Source: Botryllus schlosseri
Lineage: Eukaryota
Assembly: GCA_051294905.1 (NCBI GenBank)
Contig: CM119381.1
Location: forward strand, 18,972,001-19,036,000
Length of the DNA stretch: 64,000 bases
Reading direction: 5' to 3'
Positions 1-12,500 of the stretch are shown here, piece by piece (positions within the stretch are counted from its first letter, which is position 1; every line of letters begins with the position of its first letter). The notes under the pieces are model-generated. The model was not told where the DNA came from. It was given only the letters and a program-made list of their open reading frames with translations, and made no database searches. Position numbers and translations under genes: made by a program.

Positions 1-505
1 GACTGCCATAATGAACACCAGAGTTATACGATCTATCAAGGCCGTAACTTCCGCACCCCAAACCCACAATTGCTGGAAGGGGAGCTCGAACAGGCCCAAA
101 ATTGTATCATTGGTTGTTTATATGAGTAGCTATTCAATTGAAAATTTTCGTCGCGCTTCCACGATTTCATATCTCTGGCGGTCTGGATTTAAATATTATT
201 ATTAATAAGAGAAAAATGCCCATGTTTTAGAGGATAGGCATATCTGTGCTGGAGATTACCACCCACTGAACAGGATTATGACTCTAGGATAAGAGGTGGG
301 CATCAGAACATTTTCAAAAGGGGCCACGGCCAAAGAAAGGTTGAGAACCGCTGTGCTAGACCATCTCCTTTTAACTTTGGTTAAAGACACAAATATCCTG
401 CACCTACAAATTTTGGACTCAAGCATTGTGAAGTTCGCGGTATCCATATTTTAAGAGTGGAACTGTGCCGTCTTGTAATTGGTGTGATTTTATTGAACAT
501 TTCAG

Positions 506-574
506 TATCCCGATATTAAAATTGTCGTTTCCAATGACAATATTAATATTGACTACCCCGTGAAATTTGTGCGG
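506..574 (+). CDS. TTC3: TTC3 exon (YPDIKIVVSNDNINIDYPVKFVR)
   Basis: ttcag| ... |gtaaat, phase 0/0; resembles the pre-TPR YxxITKIV segment. Confidence 0.6.
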
Positions 575-3500
575 GTAAATGATGACCACAACATGTCATG
601 ACATGCTCCGCATTTGGACCCATGCTATGTTGATCCTGCTGACTGCGGCTACTTTATTTCAAGAACTGTATGGCTATTTAGTGACTTCAATGACGTCAAT
701 TTCATGAAGAGATATTCTATTACATCACTTGCGATTTATTCATCAAAATCTTGACCATGTCGTACATGAATTTTATACATATTACTCTCTTGTTCAGGAT
801 CTCGAAGGCCACCGTGAGTCTGGTAACACATTATACAAGCAAAAGAAATTTGGCGATGCCGTGAAGGAATACACCGTCGCAATCAACAAGGCTCCATTTC
901 ATTATCTCTTGTATAGCAATCGGTGCCAAGCTTTTATCCGTCTTCAGGATTATGAGTGAGATAAAAGTCATTTGATCTCGATTTCGTGTGTTTATGCTCA
1001 ATGGTACTTTTACGACATGAAGACAAGGTTGGCTGTGATATTAAGGGTGCGTACCTTATGGGTTGATGAGAAATGGACTAATTTATAAGTTACTGCAATT
1101 TGCAAGTTGAGATTTGTGGGTTGAATATTGGAAGATTGATTAGACATAGAAATATCTTACATTGTTAATACACCACCCTCCCATAATAACAGGCACTTCA
1201 AAGCAAAATCCTGAAAAGAAGTTATCCTTCTTAGTGCTTGTAACATTCTTCGCTTGGCGTAGTGTGAAATAGCATTAATTCTTTCAGGTGCCAATGTACT
1301 CACCCGCAAACGCTGATTTTCATACCTTTATTTAAACCTGCTACCAATATATTAATGAGTGTATCGTATTTTTTGCAGAACTGCACTTGCCGATGCTTAT
1401 AGATCCATCATCTTGAAGCCTGATTGGGGCAAAGGCTATTATAAAATTGTGACATGTCTTAGCGAAATGGGATATGTTGTTGAAGCGATTGAGTATGCTA
1501 ACGAAGGTCTTCGCCTTTGCAAAGGAAACGATGTCATAGAGGACTTACAAAATATTCTCAGAACAGTAGGTGAGTATTGTGATGGTGAGGTGCCATTTGG
1601 TTATTCTGTCTTTCTTATGATCTTGGTTTCAAGAATCCAAAAGTAAAGCGATGCTGGCACCGAAGATCCCATCTGAAGTTACGGCTAATGTTGGTAAAAA
1701 GAAGAAACGGAAAAAAAAGAAAAAGACTGCCGAAGTAAACCGAGATAAGGTGTTGATTGCATGATGACTAGGGCGAGTTTTTTTACCGAAAAAAGCAAAG
1801 GATTTTGACCTAATGAATGAAAATTTTGGCATTTTTGGTCTTTAAGATGCTCGATTTTGACAGAATTTTGTCCTCATGTAGGTAAATTAGGCATTTTCGC
1901 ACATAATGTTAGAATACTTATCTTCATTTCTGGTTGAAACTGTCTATCCTTGCGAAGTAGTTTTGCCTGAAAGAACTTTTTGACTTGAAAACTGACAAAT
2001 TTTGAAGTTTTGACATGAAAAAACTTTTACTTATAAAAAAATCTGGGCCTATGAAGAATTCCAGTAGTTACATGACGCATTATGGTAGAAATAATTGAAA
2101 AAATTGTAGTACAACGAAAGATTCTTTCCTACATTATCGGGTAGAAAGTGTATCTCCTTACTAAGTAGCTCGTCAAGAATGGAGAAAGATCCTTCAACAG
2201 CAGCAATTGTTGGCTGGCAACACTGTGACGTTTGCTAATGTGCATAGCCTACACCGCTGGTGACACCGTGTTGCTTCATTCTGACAATGTAATGTACAAC
2301 ACAATATTTCATTGTGCCCTTCTTGATATAAGAACCAATGCCCACTCAGTCTTGCTTCAGTTGGGATATTGCGGTACGTTCAGGGATATCTGGATATCTC
2401 TAGGTACGTTGAGCATAACACCATGTCAACCTTTCATTTGACCGTTTATGATTCACAATGAGTAAACAATGGGCGGTCTACAATGGTAGGTCTATGAAGT
2501 AGGCTACAAGATGTAAAATGTCAAATGATGAGTTCACCAGTACAAACATCTACGATTCAAACGAAATGCATTTTGAAAAAAAATTTTTACTTTGCAAACA
2601 ATTCTGACAATTTTTTGACCAGCGCTAAAATTTTGACAAAATTTTGACTTTTTTGACATGTCAAAAAAAACGCTCTTCTGATGATGTTCGTACTGACAAT
2701 GTGTAGGCCTATTATACATATCTGTTGAAAGCTTTAAATCAAAAATATATTACATTCGTATTATCTATGCATTGTAGAGGTTGGGAGTGTGATATAAAAT
2801 GCGAGATGTCAATTCATGCACATGCTCAAGGAGCATAATATGAACTATAATTTCCGTGGGTACAAAACACAGGGTCTGCAATATATATCCCGTATGTTGA
2901 AATGGTAAAACCAAGACCACGTAACTTCTGTTTTGATGTAGCAGCCAATGTTCTGATGTAAGCCTCTCTAAGTTGATAACTTCTGAAGCTTGATAGAGAG
3001 TAGTTCTATAGGGGAGGCCTTTTTCTCCTAGCAATTTATTTGAATTGCGATCTTACAGTGGTGCCTGGAAATATTACAAAATATATGCAAAATTTCAAAT
3101 ATACGATTGTATGTCCATCACACCTGCCCGTGTGCTGTCAGAAATGCTATAGATCCATTTTCATAATTTGAATTTACATATTCTGACACTTGTAGAGTTG
3201 AAGAATGGTTATGATTTTCGGTAATGGATAGTATCTCATTCTCAGCTATCTCGGTGTGTCGACACTTGTTATATTGATCTGCTCTGAATGCCTTTTGTTG
3301 TCTGTTTCAGGAACAGGAATTGGATTCAGACCACGAAGAAGAAGGTGAATATTGCATTTTCTGTCCTTAATGGGGGCTAAGACCATAATTATTAAGAAGA
3401 TTCAACTCGAAGAGACTACAATTCTCAAAATATAATTATGTACGATACAGCAGGGATACTCAACTATTTCTAGTCTGAAATTTTCTTTGACCCGCTAGTA

Positions 3501-6500
3501 ATATCTCACCAACCGTTTTTGGTTGGCTAGAAGGTCTACTCACCCACCAGTCTGCCACATACGAATGCTCATGGATACTAAAACAACAGATAACGTCCGG
3601 TGTCAGGATCCAACACTTCAAAGGTCCGCAAATTGAGTATATGTGATATATATAAGTTTACAGGAGGTGTTCCCAACCGGGAAGTAATTCTTCCCTGGGT
3701 GGTATTGTGATGACTTCAAGGCGTGGTTTCCAAAAAAATTTGATTACAAAGAAAATTTTGTCCATTATATATTTAGGGCCTCTGAATCTGGACTAGTAAT
3801 GCCAGAGGAGGCAAACTAGGTAATCTGGTAAACTTGGTATTTTTATTTCAGATTCTGGCTCTCCTTCAGAAATTGTGAGTGTTTTATTCCTTTTTGAGAG
3901 TCAGTTGCTAGTGAAGATCAGGTCAGCCTTATGCTATCACCGATTTCATAGACAGTTCTTTTGATAGTTTCCAAAAGCTATTACCTTAAATTATGGTGAG
4001 TTGGTATTTTAGAAAATACTGTAAAGCGAACGTATGATGTACTGGAACAGCAAAAACTGTACAGATGTAGGCGCTGTTGAGCAAAACTGAACTGCTTGCG
4101 TCTGACAGCTCAACACTCAACACACAAGTCACGCAAGGCTGCAATCTGGTCTGGTAGTGGCGGGCTTCTACTCAAATAGATCACTCACGTAGGGTACATC
4201 TTCTTCCTGTGGTCGGTGGTACATATTTATTTTAACCAGATTACAAGATTGACATGTTACTGGAATGAAGTGTCATAAAATCTCTGGAAATTGCTGTAGC
4301 CTACTATTACTGTATCATTTGCAGCAAGAACCACATCCACTTTCAGCGGTTGCTGCTTGCTGGTATATATTTGTGGAAAACAGGCTGCAAGATTGCGATG
4401 TTGCTTGAATGAGGTGTCATATAATCTATGAATGTTGGAGTACTATCATTTTATTCTGTTTTGTTCGCCGCCCGGTACGCATTGACCCTAGCTTTCATTA
4501 AATATGTCATGTCCATTGAAAATCGCGAAACATATAGAGTACGCATCTTTCACTGTATGCAAATTTTCACCTTCTTCCAGATAGCTCGAAATCGCTCACT
4601 GCACGGAATTTCGCGAATCCCATTGTCGTGGTTTTGAGAACTGTGTACTAAGTGCTTTGCGCCCAGTTTTAGTAATATGAATCTCTACAGGAGAGTGTAA
4701 AATCTAGTCAGTTAGGATTCCATCATGATGAGTTCGGATGAGTATATTTAATAAACTTGGATTATATGTTACCAGATGAAATTCTAAAGCGTGTGAATGG
4801 CATTGTGGTTCACTGTTACTACAGCAATGTGTTTCAAGTCTAGCGTAACTCAAAATTCTTTCCTAATGTCCATGCTCTTCAGCGAGTCCTGAAGTGCGCA
4901 GGCAGCGACTTACGGAAGCATAGAGGCAAGCCATGTTGAATTTGAGTCCATGGGAATCAAATTAAACATTCACACGAGCATGGTTTGGTTGGGTGACCGA
5001 TTCGGGCACAGTTTCATGTATAGAATAGAAAACTCAATGCTTTTTAATGCTGGCTAGTTTTTTCATGTTCTCGAGAATTATTTCCGAACATCCACCTCAC
5101 TCTCATATAGACACTTTCAGTCTGACATCTTCACTGAAATATTTACTTTATGGGACTGCGGGAATACTACGGTGCTAAAACAGTATATTAGAGCCTCTTC
5201 TCAAATGATGTATCCGTTGCGTAATAATGTTCATGTGGTAGGTTGTTGAAGCCTGTCCCCTGTAACCGCCTTCATAAACCACCGACTACGCGGCAACAAT
5301 GACGTTTCGATTCCAAATTTTATTCCTTCCGCTTAATCAGTTGCAAAGACGTTCTTGACGGAGGGGTGTCATGTTTGCGAGAATTATAACGCGTCGTAAA
5401 TTGAGAGAAAATAACGAATTCAAAAGGAACATCGTAAAAATATATGTAGTATATGTTAAACACGAAAACAATATAATCTCCAGGGTATCGTGGAGTGGAT
5501 GCGTGCGCGCGAAACGCAGCGGCATTGCACAGTGGTAGGTAATGTTCTTCGAATATTATTATAGATACGTGGCAATTGCACGCGGTCGTGCAATAGTCGG
5601 ATGAATAGCACCGCGAGTGATGAATATGAATTGTTAGGTTGGACTGTGGAACATATAATAACTGCGATAGCTCTTGATTCGTCGATCTTATCGTTGTTAC
5701 GTACTGGATGTCGCGATATTCTATTCTATTACTGCGCGTCCACCGGAGCCGTTGCTTACGGGTAACTTGCCGGGTACAGTTTCGACGTTGTCGAATTCGG
5801 AGTCCAAACCCACTACACCGCCGCTTGTGTCACTTGGTGGTATCGCGGGACCGCCATTCTCCATCCACTGCCTCCAGAACTCGTTGAGGTTGTCGGATTT
5901 CGTGCTGGAGCTGGATGTCTTGTTGCCGCTGGTCTTGTTAGACGAGATTTCGTTTTCGGAAGACGCCATGAAGTTCTTGTTGATGTCGTCCTTGCGTCGC
6001 TTTTCTTCTTCAGCCGCTCGCCGGCGCATTTCTTTTTCCAAGCTCTCTTCTGCAGCGGCTTCTTCCTCTTTCATTTCGTCGATTGTGGCGTCGCGTCGCA
6101 TTGCGGGCGTTTGGAAAATGTCATGCTGCCCGGCGACTGTTCGCGACATGATTACTTGGCGCGTCTGCGTTTGCATACTGTACGGCTGTTTAGCGCCAAC
6201 TCCTTGGCATGTCGCAAATCCTTGGTGTCTGTCTTCTTGCACAAGGTGAGCGCGTACTTCGCCTTCTTCGTCTCGTTCGCTGGTGACTCGAAACCTGCTG
6301 TCCATGATGAAGTCGTGACCTGGCGCGTCGCTTTTGAAGCATTTCGCGTACCAGCGACGCAGGAACTTTACGCAGGCGCATTTGCGGACGTACTCTTGAA
6401 ATTGCCTCTGCGTGAGGATGTACACCGCCGGGTTCAGAAGGACACTGATAAAACTCAGTATCCGCACCGCGGTGTTTAGTTGAAAGCACGTGAAGCCGTC

Positions 6501-9500
6501 TGCGCCCATCAGTGCCTGCGAAAGAAAAAGCGTTGGCTCGGATCGAAAGTTTGATTTTGCCTGTCGCTCATACTTCTGTGGTGTAGAGGAGGTAGGTGAT
6601 ACGCTGAGGTAGCCAGCACAGCGCGAAAACGATCACGTACGTCAGTAGCGTGCGCGATACGCGTAACTGCTTCTCCGCATTTTTGTGGACTATATTCTTT
6701 TTCCGTGATGAAGAATGGCTTCCTGCAAAAGTTATGAAACGATAGGTCATTGATTCTTAGTTATGTGATTCTTTAGTAAATATCATTTTACCTCCGGTAC
6801 TTCGCTTCGACGAGGAAGAAAGTTTTCTGCGAGGCTGAGAGTTACTGGAGTTGTTCGAACTCTGCCGGTTGTAGGTCGAGGTGTGTTTGTGTCCGTCGTG
6901 GTCGTGGTTTTCATGGTTCAGGCGTGAGTTTGACCTCGAAATCAACCACGTTGAGCTCGTCCGGTCTTCGTGCACGTTTCTGCTTGCCCCGTCGTGCGGG
7001 TAGGAGTATCGTTGGTCTTTCCGTGATGTCCCGCTTCTGCTGTGAATTCCGCTGTCTGTAGACGTGGTACGATGTTAATTCTGTTCCTATTTACCTCTAT
7101 TCAGGAACGGTACGGAGGATATCAGTGTCGAAGTGTTTTTAGCTTTTCGATGTATTCTAGTTAGTGTTTGACTACCCGCTCTACTCAATAGTTTTCAGCT
7201 TTTTTAGGCAAACCTATCCTTGAAATGCTTATAAATGTACTCAATTAAATGAAATCGCTACTGCTACTTGCACTTCATTCGAAATTTGCAACGTTACTTC
7301 TACTTGAGCGCCAACGATGACTACCTTGACCACCTCCGTCCGGGTAGGACGTATGTACCATACCTGGAAACTCCGGCGTTCCATTAGCTGCATGCATCCG
7401 TTGCTCGTGATCACCGCTTGGGCCTTGTTGCATTTTGCTCGGCTTCCGATACAGTTGTCTCGTGACATCGTTCAGCACCGTACTTTGTACGTAATTGATT
7501 TCGGCGCTCGGCGTACGCACGTGCGCGACTCTATCGTCAGCGTTCGGGAAAAAATGATTGTGGTACGGGCTCGCAGATTCCACGGGCGTGGGTGGTGTCA
7601 AAGCCGACGTAGTCGTAGCGGCCGAGTATCTCTTGTCGACGCACGGTATCAGTGAGGTCTGGTCGGTAGCCATGCTATCCATGGAGCTACCATACGATCC
7701 GCCGCTTTCTCGTCTGCTACCCGAGTTTCGCGTTAGCAGTCTAGTCGAATGCGTCGTCCGCGCGCTTGCGGATGTGCCGTCGAGTATACTCGAGCCGTTG
7801 CTGATCCTGAGCAACTCTTCTTCTTCGTTTACTCCCTCTGTCTCGAGAGGATGCTCCTCGATTGTTTGCGGGATGTTTTCGTTTGTGGAATCGTGGTACA
7901 GCGAATACTTCGCTCTTGTGTTACCGCTGCGCATGCGTACGTGGTTTGCGTGACGTGTCGCGTCGTCGGATTCCAGCCCCGGCGCCGCTTCAGTTTCCAA
8001 ACTTCCGTTGTCCACCGCGTTTGCGGTTTCCAAACACTGGTTGTTAGCTGCGGTGAGTTTCTGGTATCGGTGAAGGTTGTCAGAGCCTTCCGGTTGGTAG
8101 TTGGACTCTTCGAAACTGAGGGCTCCTGGCGATTGTGGCGCGTTCCTCGAAGACACGAGAACTGCCGCGTTTTGGTCGCTGTTGTCGGTAAACGACCTGT
8201 TCTCCACGCCGTCGTGTGGCTTTCGCAAGAGGACGTACCGCATGAAATCCGACATACGTCGGCTCATGGAGTCGGTGCGGCTGCTACGCTGGTTCGTCTT
8301 TTCCCTGAGGTGTATCGAATGTGCCGCGTTGCCGTCGGTGCTCGACTGGTTAGCGTGGAAATGGGTGGTCGAAGTCTCGCTCATGCTAAGCGACATCCTG
8401 TTGCGAACCCGTCGTCCTATCAGGCAGGCGATGGACACGTAGCTGAACACGATGATGGCGAAAGGCACGAAGAAACCCAAGGCAAGGTTGATCACGAGGA
8501 CGTATATAGTCGCGGCCCGCGACAGGTTGGGGTAACACATCGATTGCAAGCCGTCGAATTCGCTGAAATGCTTGACGACCGCCTCGGCGGTTGTCGTTAT
8601 CATCGTTCTGTACACTATGGTAGTCATCTTGACCTGTGATGATAATAGGAAATTAAGACCAGATCATGGTTTTTGTTGATATGTTTAGCACACTCATTAC
8701 CACTTTTTGCCCTTCGAAATGCATGGCAGCGTTGTAGACGTCTGTGTATTCGTCCAGAGGAATGATGTCTCCAATTTCTGCGTCTATTGTGCCGTCCCAG
8801 TCTTCTTCGTTAAGGAGCTCTTCCCAATCATCTCCGAGTAAGTCTGCCCCATACTGTTCGAGTAGGTCTTCGTCGTTGCCTGAAAAAACACGAAGCTAAT
8901 AATCCACGGTTGTGGTACTTCCTTCGTTTCCGATTAGGCTACCTGAAATACCGTCTAGTTCGTCCAAGTTCTGCGGTGCGTATGTTTCCTCGATGCTAAC
9001 GAGCTCGTCGAAGCACAAGTGAAGATTCACGTTGCCGTAGCTTTGAACGTATTCAGCGTTAGTTTCCTCCGCTCTCGCCAACAGCGTGAAGCACGCGTCC
9101 AAGACTCCCATGTCGGCGAAATAGTTCACTTTCTGCTTTTCATACGGTCGAGTTGTGACTGCAACAGTACATATATCACGTAAAAAGTTTTTCAAGCCAT
9201 CTTATAATAATGCCAGTACATACTTGACGGGGCGTTCCATTTGCTTCTGCAAGAAAAATGTGAACGTTACATTAGATTCCTCCAATGTGGATATTCTGTT
9301 ACTTTGCAAACAACTGATTGATGAGTTATGATTACCGGAAACCCCGTTTGTATCTGTACAGTACATGGCAACGTTTACGTGTCACACACGTTTAGACGTG
9401 CCGGGGCCTACGATATTCAATGAATGACGTGCTTACTCCTTATCATTACCAACAATGAGTTTACTTTGGATCAAAGTCGAAGAACGAATGGCTAATTGGC

Positions 9501-12500
9501 TATCGAATATAGTCTATATCGGTCGACCCTCTCATTCGGTTCAACCTTATCGGGTCAAGCGAAACTGCCCAGTGCCCACCCGGCAAGCAACGTGAAGCCG
9601 CCCGACCGCAACCCATTAGTTTTTGGCACAAGAAGTTATATTGATGTACATTTTACAATGATACACACCCTTTTGGCAACCCCACGCTGGTGTAGTTGGT
9701 CCCGGATCGCCGGTCATACGCCAGCAGAGTGTGATTTCCTTGTTGCCCGGCGGTAGGTAGGTTGTCGCGATTCATCACACGACTCAAGCTGTCTGGGGAA
9801 TCGCTCTCGCTAGCGATTAAATCGGGATTGACCATCTCGGGCATCGTGAACGCCAAGGCTATTATCCACATGACGATACTGATGCCGATGATAATCTTCC
9901 TCTGAAAAAAGGCATTTCGTAAACACAACATCATAGTATGGGAAGGACCTTTTGTGGATTATTGCCAATTGTTCATCGATGCACAAAATGCGCTTGCTGA
10001 TGATATTGATACGCGCGTTTGACTGCATTATATATGAAGACATTCATAATTCCTTGATGCACTCGTTTGTCATTCTACTCACGTCGTATTTATACCGTTG
10101 ACACCTCATGGACTTCCATACGGCCGCGCACCTTTCAACGCTCATGCTCGCCAGGAGGAAGATGTTGACGTAATAATGAAAGTTGTACCACGAGTTGATG
10201 ATCCGCCAAGTCCGTTGTTTGCTCGGCAAGTCGTCGGCAAACGTCGATATGTTGGTGGTCAAGTTCATGTCGCCAGCGGCATATTGAGCTGGGAGGCAAA
10301 TTAAAATGTGTTGAACTACACGTGCGCGGGAGAACGATTGACGTGTTCATAATCCAGCTGCAACGCCGCTGATACGATATTGCACCGATGCAAGGATATT
10401 GCATTGCGGTTATCAGATTGTTCCCTGTGGAATAGGTATTTCTTATAGGGCGATCCGTTTGTGTTATCATGAACTGGATGTGCGCACACTTAATAACACC
10501 AAACCGTTGATTGATGGGTGAATTCAAGTTTCCGATGCTGGCCCTTCCAGCCGACAAGAACGCGTGTTGGCATTACGTAGTTGCGGAATGAATTACCGCT
10601 TCGTTGACATCCACATACATCATACCGATTGCGTATGATAAAACTGTGCCTGAAGTGAATTTTCGACTGCGGCCGAAGCGGAATGCTATCGTCATGCAGG
10701 CTACTAGAATTCGCGAACGCCAGCGTTACTGTTTACACGACCAATATGTAATACAGATGGTTCACACGGCTACTGTAACTGTAATCCGACGTGCCTTCTA
10801 TCGTGAGATTTTCCGCCGAAAAATGAGCATTAGCATACCTCGCACGCTATCCGACACGGTCGTAAGAGTTTATGGGTAAACGTCGAATCTAGTCGACAAT
10901 TCGATTACGAATGGCGTCGGACTATCGTAAAACATCAATGCGTGCGTTGTATTCGGTATTCTCGAGATAAGCGCTGTCCAAACCGTGGCATCTGTTCATT
11001 TTATGGGTTTGTTTGTTCGTTGTGTGGATTGCACCGTTTCAACCCGTCTCGATTGCTAAAATATGGCAGGAAATTTTATCAGTACCGCATTTAATTTTCA
11101 TAGCACTGCAAATTTCTTAAATTTGTTTTGGAAACGATATCAAAGCGATAATGGTTCCCCTATTGGTAGTAACACTTGTAACCAGCGTAGTTCCGCGCTC
11201 ACATTTACTGAAAAAAAGTAATTTAATAGCGGGCCGCGAAGAATTTGTTTAAAACCAATATTTGTCTTTCCCTGCCACCCTGTATTATCGTCATGCATGG
11301 TGGGGCGCACGCACGTAAGTTATTGTGATGGGACAATAAGTGTGGAAAATGCGCTGCGCTGTGTAGACGGTTGTACGTGACTAAACGAAAATTAAAAAAA
11401 AGTTGTGCTGGCCGTTCCTCATTGTTCATTACGTAGATTGAAAAATTACACATTCGAAATGCGCCGTGCATGTCATCCTACGTGGTGTTGGAGATTCCCG
11501 AAGGTACTGGCAAGTTCAGATGTGTTCGATGCAACGCTCTTATCAGATACAGTTTTGCGGTTGCGTTATCGCCTTTTCGCCTAAAAACCGTTACAGATTG
11601 GCAGCGATGTCACCTTCTATTCGCCGTTAGCCGTGTTCCGGCGTCGTTATTTATCGTGAAGGTGCCCACGAAACACTGCCACGCGATCAATCTTGTTTCC
11701 TGCATTTTCATTCAAGCTTGTGAACTTTCGTCAAGTCGAGATTGTCAATTTTATCCAGAAATATGCGTCCTTCATCGCCTGCCGTCGAAATGTATTCGCA
11801 CGACCCTCGGGATCAGCCCCGTTGACAGATTGTAGCTAGCGAACCGACGGTACCGCAAACCACCCGTGACGAGGCTATATTCTTCGGAAGAAGATGGCTT
11901 AAGCCGAATGTGTTGCTGTCACTTAACGTTGCCCTGGTTTGCGTTGGCCCGGACTGGGGATTATTCGGATTTGAGCAAGGCGGTGTTGCAACCGCTGTGG
12001 TCTGTCAGCATTTGTTTCTTGTTCAATTCAAATATCTGTCCTTCAATCGCCCGAGTCCACAGCAGACCAACGGGTTCTGCCAGCGCATTTTATGGTTAAT
12101 TAAGAGGCGGTTGTTTTGGGTTCGTTCTGTGTCGTAACCCCACCGTGATGGTTAATGAATTCCTCTTTAAGAACACTCACCGTGTCATAAATGCATTGCT
12201 ACATTGGTTGTGGCATGCTTTATCGCCGGCTATGTGTGTCATAAACTGGAGGAGGTGATAACTTACCACTCGATTCAAACATTTCTTGCTTCATCGCGAC
12301 CATGTTGTGGGTCATCACGCTGTTGCTGATGAGCCATATTAGGCACACTAACAGGTCAGTCAGGGCGATTTGCACCATGTAAACTGTGTGAACCGAGTTC
12401 CGAACCTGCCGAAAGAGAGTTAGAATATTACACGGCGATTCCCAGGCGATATCGATAACCGCCGAATCAGGTGTCATTGGCCTCAGTCACCATACTGGTT

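Noticed and set aside
290-439. Possible further upstream TTC3 exon (..AKERLRTAVLDHLLLTLVKDTNIL..KFA|gtatcc)
   Set aside because: Open frame and donor fit, but no convincing acceptor before an in-frame TAA; left unannotated
7749-8639. 296-aa + strand ORF, plus others at 5674-6249, 6111-6479, 7317-7655, 7558-7953, 8101-8442
   Set aside because: Antisense shadows of GC-rich GPCR exons; no recognisable domains or splice support
8795-8830. DDWEELL, a canonical LIR/AIM (WEEL) motif in the GPCR
   Set aside because: Lies in ECL2 (extracellular/luminal), inaccessible to cytosolic Atg8/LC3
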